DNA from: Candidatus Woesearchaeota archaeon | Lineage (GTDB): Archaea; Nanobdellota; Nanobdellia; Woesearchaeales; JAGLXL01 | Direction: 5' to 3' | Assembly (NCBI GenBank): GCA_030640025.1 | Contig: DAOWKC010000002.1 | Span: 4,029-68,028, forward strand | Length of the DNA stretch: 64,000 bases | Part shown: positions 59,222-64,000 of the stretch, one piece after another | How the letters are laid out: every line of letters starts with the position of its first letter | Numbering within the stretch: position 1 is the first letter of the stretch | Translations under genes and position numbers: made by a program | Notes under the pieces: generated by a model | Database searches by the model: none | Seen by the model: only the letters and a program-made list of their open reading frames with translations | What the model was told of the DNA's origin: nothing

Positions 59222-59449
59222 TTACAAAGTTTCTGGTTCAAATAAGGTCTTATCAATAAAATCAACTTTTCTGTCCATTTCTTCTAGGGTATTGCTCCAA
59301 ACTTCTAATTCAGCATCTTCATCATTTTTAAGTTGATTAATTTTTTCCAATGTTTTTCTAGCATCAACAATTTTGTTTTTGATGACATTAACAACATCGA
59401 GAACGTCCTTATAATCTTCAATTTTAACAAAAACAGGCATTTCTGGCAT
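59222..59449 (-). CDS. Small coiled-coil protein
   Basis: PVFVKIEDYKDVL; SD gaggtga upstream. Confidence 0.75.
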   Translation of the reverse strand: MPEMPVFVKIEDYKDVLDVVNVIKNKIVDARKTLEKINQLKNDEDAELEVWSNTLEEMDRKVDFIDKTLFEPETL

Positions 59450-59453
59450 TTTT

Positions 59454-59888
59454 TCACCTCTTAAATAAGACTTCATCAACATAGATGAGTTTTCCATGAA
59501 TATCTTTTATATTTGACTGCCAACTTCGATAGGCTTTATCCTGATCTTCTTTGAAATTTTCCAAGGTTTCGACAATGTCATCAGCTTCGACAAGCTGAGC
59601 TTTCATTTGGCTAACCTCATCGATAAGTGCTTTGTAAGTTGGAGCATGAATAAAAATTGGTTTGACAACATGATGTTCCCGAATTTCAGAAAGTCCTAAT
59701 TTTTCTTTTTCAATAACCCTCTGCTTTTGTTTTTGTAAAGGTGTTTGAGCTTGAGATCCAACAGCTTCTTGGATTTCTGCTTCAGATGGTTTTTCTAAAT
59801 CCTTTGGAGAAGGAAAACTGGGAAGATTTGTATCTGAAGGAGGAGTCGGGATTTTAAGCTCTTTCTTTTTCTTTAAAAAATTAAACAT
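59454..59888 (-). CDS. Coiled-coil protein, paralog of the neighbour
   Basis: PIFIHAPTYKALI...W...I...VDEVLF matches the neighbour's pattern. Confidence 0.72.
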   Translation of the reverse strand: MFNFLKKKKELKIPTPPSDTNLPSFPSPKDLEKPSEAEIQEAVGSQAQTPLQKQKQRVIEKEKLGLSEIREHHVVKPIFIHAPTYKALIDEVSQMKAQLVEADDIVETLENFKEDQDKAYRSWQSNIKDIHGKLIYVDEVLFKR

Positions 59889-60003
59889 TCTACCACCTCC
59901 AGCCTTTTTAAATTGACTTGGTTATTAAAAGTTTTGTGAGCATTTTATAAGAGTTATTTGGTGTTATTGTTTTTGAGTAGTCAAAATATTTTAGTTTAAA
60001 TTT

Positions 60004-60038
60004 TACTTACAGTGTAAGTATTACTTACAATGTAAGTA
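60004..60038. promoter_or_regulatory. Tandem 17-bp palindromes TACTTACANTGTAAGTA
   Basis: 60004-60020 and 60022-60038. Confidence 0.75.
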
Positions 60039-60084
60039 TTTATTTTAGGGAAAAAATAAATAGGTTTAGGACATTACTAAGGAA

Positions 60085-62235
60085 ATGAAAAAATTGGTGT
60101 GGTTACTGGTCTTAGTTGTTTTCTCTCAGCTAGTTTTAGCTGAAGTAAGAATTAATGAGGTGATGTATGCTCCGACTAGTGATTGGGGCGGACAATATAA
60201 TGAATGGATTGAGTTATATAGTGAAAATGAAATTAATTTAAGTAATTGGAAAATTGATGGAAATGATTTTGATGATATTATAATTGGCAGTGGTGGTTAT
60301 GTAGTAATAGCTAGGAATGCAGTTGCTTTTCAAAATACTTATGGTTTTCAAGTAGCTGATGGTAATTTTGTTTTAAGTAATGATGGTGATGTGATTGAGC
60401 TGTCTAATGGAACTAAAAGTTGGTTGTTCCCTTATGACAATAATAAAGCAAATAATAATGGAAAAACTTTGGAGTGTGCTGGTGGTGAGTGTACTGGCGG
60501 TAATTGGGAAGATAGTTTAGTTTTAGGCGGAACTCCTTGTGAGATCAACAGCAAAGCTGGATTTATCCAAGATTATAGCCAGGTAAAAATAAATGAATTT
60601 TTGCCTGATCCAATTGGAAATGATGATGCAGATAAACCATTGGGTGAATGGGTGGAACTATATAATACAGGCAAGGCGCCAATTGATCTGCGAGGATTAG
60701 TTCTTTATGATAAAGATGATAGTCATGAGTTGTATATTAGTGATGTAACTACTACTGCTGGAACAGTAATTCCAGCTGGGAGTTATCTAGTTGTTTATCG
60801 AAACGGAGATACTGATTTTGCTTTGAATAATGATGGTTTTGAAGAAGTTCGTTTTTATGATGGTTATCCAGTAAATAACAGTAATTTGATTGATTCAATG
60901 AGTTACAGTGGAGGTGTGGAGGGGATGAGCTGGAGCAAAGTTAAGGAAGGATGGTATAAATCAACGGCAACTCTTGGAGGGGAGAATGTGAGGGTTGATG
61001 GTTGTGATTGGAGCGTTAAGGTTTTGCCTCGGAATTCAATTTTTAATTCTGGCCAAGGTTTGGTTTGGGATGTGGTTGTTGAGAGGAATTATGGTGAAAC
61101 AGGAAATTTGACAGTTGAGGGTCGAGTAGAAGATGTTTTTGGGAAAGTGGTGAAAACTTACAAGCCGTGGACAGATAAGGTGATTACAACAACTCGGACA
61201 AAAACTTATACTCCAAATTTACCCGAAGATATTTACAAAATATTTTTTGAAATTAAGGAAATTGACTGTCAGGACAATGACTTGAGTAATAATGTGGATT
61301 TTGATTTGGTGGTGATTAATCCTCAGTACAAGGTTTTTGATTCTAATTTAGAAATTGAGGAGATTTATCTAGGCAATGATGACGAAGCTGAATGGGGAGA
61401 TAGAGTAAGGGTGAAGGTTCATATTTACAAAGGTGATGAAACCAAATATAATGTTGAACTGTACGCTGAAAAAGATGGTCGAATTGTGAGTAAACGGACT
61501 AAGACGAGTGTTTTTGACAAGTTTAAGGATTATACTTTGACTTTACCAGTACAGTTAGAACCTAATTGCAACCAATATTATTTAGATGGTGATTATGAAA
61601 TGGTTTTGAAAGGTTTGGAAAAAGAAGTGAGAGAGGGTTTTAGGATTAAGGGGATTGACAAAGAATTATGTCAAGAAGTTAGTGGAAGTGTTTCTGGTTC
61701 TAGTCAAAAGTTTGGTTATAAATTAGTAGAAAGCCCAGATGAAGTTCAAGCAGGGGGAGATTTTGATGTCAAAGTTGAATTAACAGGTGATGATGAGGAG
61801 CATGATATTAAAGTCAAGAGTTATATTTATCGAGGTCCAAAACATTACAGTGAAGAGGTGATTGAAGAACTTAAATTAGAGGTGAACGAGATCAGGGTTA
61901 TTGATTTGAATTTAGAGGTTGATGAAGATGTTAAAGAAGGTGAATATAAGTTGAAGATTAAAATAAATAAAGATAATCAAAAAACTGATAAGGAAATAAC
62001 TGAGGAGATTAAAGTTCGAGAGACAGATGAAGATGAGGAATGCATGGTAGTGGGTGAGGAGTTGTCTGTTAGGAATATTAGTATAAATGAAAAATTAAGT
62101 TTGTTAAGGAGATTAAATGAAGACGGGAAGATTGTTTATCTTTCTAAATCAAAACAAAGTTTTGAATGGGTGCCGATGATGATTATTGGAGTTTTGGTTT
62201 TGCTTTTGGTGATACTTATCTGTAAAAAACTGTAA
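60085..62235 (+). CDS. Surface protein with two lamin-tail domains and a C-terminal TM anchor
   Basis: Signal peptide; INEVMY..EWIELY and INEFLP..EWVELYN. Confidence 0.85.
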   Translation: MKKLVWLLVLVVFSQLVLAEVRINEVMYAPTSDWGGQYNEWIELYSENEINLSNWKIDGNDFDDIIIGSGGYVVIARNAVAFQNTYGFQVADGNFVLSNDGDVIELSNGTKSWLFPYDNNKANNNGKTLECAGGECTGGNWEDSLVLGGTPCEINSKAGFIQDYSQVKINEFLPDPIGNDDADKPLGEWVELYNTGKAPIDLRGLVLYDKDDSHELYISDVTTTAGTVIPAGSYLVVYRNGDTDFALNNDGFEEVRFYDGYPVNNSNLIDSMSYSGGVEGMSWSKVKEGWYKSTATLGGENVRVDGCDWSVKVLPRNSIFNSGQGLVWDVVVERNYGETGNLTVEGRVEDVFGKVVKTYKPWTDKVITTTRTKTYTPNLPEDIYKIFFEIKEIDCQDNDLSNNVDFDLVVINPQYKVFDSNLEIEEIYLGNDDEAEWGDRVRVKVHIYKGDETKYNVELYAEKDGRIVSKRTKTSVFDKFKDYTLTLPVQLEPNCNQYYLDGDYEMVLKGLEKEVREGFRIKGIDKELCQEVSGSVSGSSQKFGYKLVESPDEVQAGGDFDVKVELTGDDEEHDIKVKSYIYRGPKHYSEEVIEELKLEVNEIRVIDLNLEVDEDVKEGEYKLKIKINKDNQKTDKEITEEIKVRETDEDEECMVVGEELSVRNISINEKLSLLRRLNEDGKIVYLSKSKQSFEWVPMMIIGVLVLLLVILICKKL

Positions 62236-62365
62236 GCGGTTTTTGACACACTAGGAAATTTTTAATTTCCTGTGTCCCAGAAATTTACTTTGTAAATTTC
62301 TCAGGATACTAGGAATTCCTCAGTATTTAAAAAAGTTTAAAAAGAAGTTATTGTTTTGATTGGAT

Positions 62366-63001
62366 ATGACAAGTGTTAAGCAAAGATTGGAAGAAGGGTG
62401 GATTCAAGCAAGAATTGTTCTAGAGATAATTGGAAAACCAAAAGGGCATGTTGAAAAGACAATGCAAGATTATGTTGAGAAGATAAAAAAAGAGAAGGAT
62501 TTGGAAGTTCTGCATGTGGATATCAATGAAGTCCAGAAACAAGAGACCGGGGCTAAAGATGAGAAAATGGTCAAAGAGATGTGGGCAACTTTTGCTGAGC
62601 TGGAAATTTTGTTTAAGAATTTACCTCGAGTGACTTATTTTTGTTTTGAGTATATGCCTTCGTCAATTGAAATTATTGAACCGCAAAATTTGCAGGTAAA
62701 TGGAAATGATTTAACTAGTTTTTTTACTGATTTACAGATGAGGCTGCATGAAATTGATATGATTGCCAAACAACAAAAAAGCCAGACCATGTTCTGGGAA
62801 AGCCAAATCAAAGGATTGTTGAGGAATTTTGTAATGGTGGCTTTATCGAGCAGAGAACTGACAGCTGATGAGTTGTCAAAAATTACTGGTGTTCAAAAAA
62901 ATACTCTGGAAGATTTTTTAGATGAATTAGTTGATAAAAATGAAGTGAAAATGGTGGGTGAAAAATACCGGAAGGTGTTAGATGGAAAGAAACAAAGTTG
63001 A
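62366..63001 (+). CDS. Hypothetical protein with a C-terminal wHTH-like region
   Basis: EIIGKPK, YMPSSIEIIEP; overlaps the scpB start. Confidence 0.7.
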   Translation: MTSVKQRLEEGWIQARIVLEIIGKPKGHVEKTMQDYVEKIKKEKDLEVLHVDINEVQKQETGAKDEKMVKEMWATFAELEILFKNLPRVTYFCFEYMPSSIEIIEPQNLQVNGNDLTSFFTDLQMRLHEIDMIAKQQKSQTMFWESQIKGLLRNFVMVALSSRELTADELSKITGVQKNTLEDFLDELVDKNEVKMVGEKYRKVLDGKKQS

Positions 63002-63722
63002 GGCGATCATGTTTGCCTTGGGGAAGGATGTAGCAGTTTCTGAAGTAGCGCGATTAAGTAATTTATCTGAGGAAAAAGTTAAGTCAATTCTTCAGGAGAT
63101 GAAGGAAGAGTATGATAAGGATTCTGGTGCTTTGAAATTAGTTGATAAAGGAGATTTTTGGAAATTTACAATTAAGGATAAATATTTGCCCTTGGTTTCT
63201 AATTTGATTTCTGAGACTGAGTTGGATAAGTCGACCATGGAGACTTTGGCGGTGATTGCTTGGAAATATCCGATTTTACAATCAGAGGTGATTAAGATTC
63301 GCCATAATAAGGCTTATGACCATATGCGCCGGTTGAAAGAATTGGGTTTTGTGGCGAAGGAGAAATGTGGCCGGACTTTTAAGATTCATCTGACTGAGAA
63401 GTTTTTTAGTTATTTTGATCTGCCGACGCAAGATGCCAAGGCAGCTTTTAAGAAAGTTATTCCTGAAGATATACAGAAAGAGATTATTGGAAAAGAGAAA
63501 GAGATTGCCGAGAAAGAAAAGGAGATTGAAGATATTAAGAAAAAGGAGGATGAAAAGATGAAAAAAGCACAAGAAGAACCGCAGCCTGAACCAGAACCAA
63601 CACCACCAGTTCCTGATCCAGAGCCGTTACCAGAGCCTGAACCAGAACCAATTCCTGAACCTGGCCCAACACCTGAGCCAGAACCGACACCGGAACCGTT
63701 GACACCGGATAAGGAAGAATAA
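62982..63722 (+). CDS. scpB: SMC-Scp complex subunit ScpB with a Pro-Glu repeat tail
   Basis: VEAIMF, ETLAVIAWKYPI, IR, TEKFFSYF. Confidence 0.9.
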   Translation: MERNKVEAIMFALGKDVAVSEVARLSNLSEEKVKSILQEMKEEYDKDSGALKLVDKGDFWKFTIKDKYLPLVSNLISETELDKSTMETLAVIAWKYPILQSEVIKIRHNKAYDHMRRLKELGFVAKEKCGRTFKIHLTEKFFSYFDLPTQDAKAAFKKVIPEDIQKEIIGKEKEIAEKEKEIEDIKKKEDEKMKKAQEEPQPEPEPTPPVPDPEPLPEPEPEPIPEPGPTPEPEPTPEPLTPDKEE

Positions 63723-63770
63723 GATTTCTTTTCTTGTTTTGATTTGTTATTTTATTTTAGGCTAAAATAA

Positions 63771-63844
63771 TACTTACAATGTAAGTACTTTAGTTTTTAA
63801 AAAGTAATAAAAATTATAACAATATAATACTTACATTGTGGGTA
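63771..63844. promoter_or_regulatory. Two further copies of the 17-bp palindrome
   Basis: 63771-63787 perfect; 63828-63844 tacttacattgtgggta. Confidence 0.7.
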
Positions 63845-63929
63845 GAATAAACGGGGATTTGTTGTAAGTTCTCGACGATAAATCGACCAAAACATTAATA
63901 AACATAGCCAAATTCTGGTTTTATAGACG

Positions 63930-64000
63930 ATGGAAGAAAATCAAGGAACACGGGTGATTCCTCAAGTTATTGAAGAAGAAATGAAGCAGGCATATGTAGA
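63930..64000 (+). CDS. gyrA: DNA gyrase subunit A, N-terminus (truncated)
   Basis: MEENQGTRVIPQVIEEEMKQAYV matches the GyrA I(E)EEMKxSYLDY start. Confidence 0.75.
   Translation, partial: MEENQGTRVIPQVIEEEMKQAYV

Noticed and set aside
63577-63710. Pro-Glu tandem repeats as a DNA repeat element
   Set aside because: Low-complexity coding tail of ScpB with varied codons; the same applies to the Lys/Glu tail of rps4
1-64000. CRISPR array or cas genes
   Set aside because: No regularly spaced repeat-spacer series and no cas-like ORFs were seen

Overview
AT-rich archaeal chromosome segment, most consistent with a DPANN lineage such as Woesearchaeota (fused PriS-PriL primase, AMP phosphorylase, topo VI plus gyrA, archaeal rps13-rps4-rps11-rpoD-tRNA-Leu-rpl18e-rpl13-rps9-rpoN cluster). 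Most of it is housekeeping: pyrG, ABCE1, glmS/M/U, trpS, leuS, PCNA, RNase J, Hef, RIO1, dnaG, scpB. It also has five tRNA genes (four with introns, two with two or more), an SRP RNA gene, a primase intein and a HEPN-MNT pair. No CRISPR array or transposase was seen. The top candidate for a new system is the SRP RNA locus (about 31832-32990). The SRP core is bracketed by a bulge-helix-bulge (BHB) splice motif. An outer SRP-like terminal helix (GGGTAGGC/GCCTACCT) closes only after a LAGLIDADG endonuclease ORF. This suggests the SRP RNA is cut out and circularised from a precursor whose flanks carry a homing endonuclease. Other candidates are a pair of mutually complementary non-coding segments at 49.7-50.15 kb, recurrent palindromic insertions that duplicate local sequence at gene and tRNA ends, and a 17-bp palindrome shared upstream of a lamin-tail surface protein and gyrA. 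All calls come from reading motifs by eye; no searches or folding programs were run.
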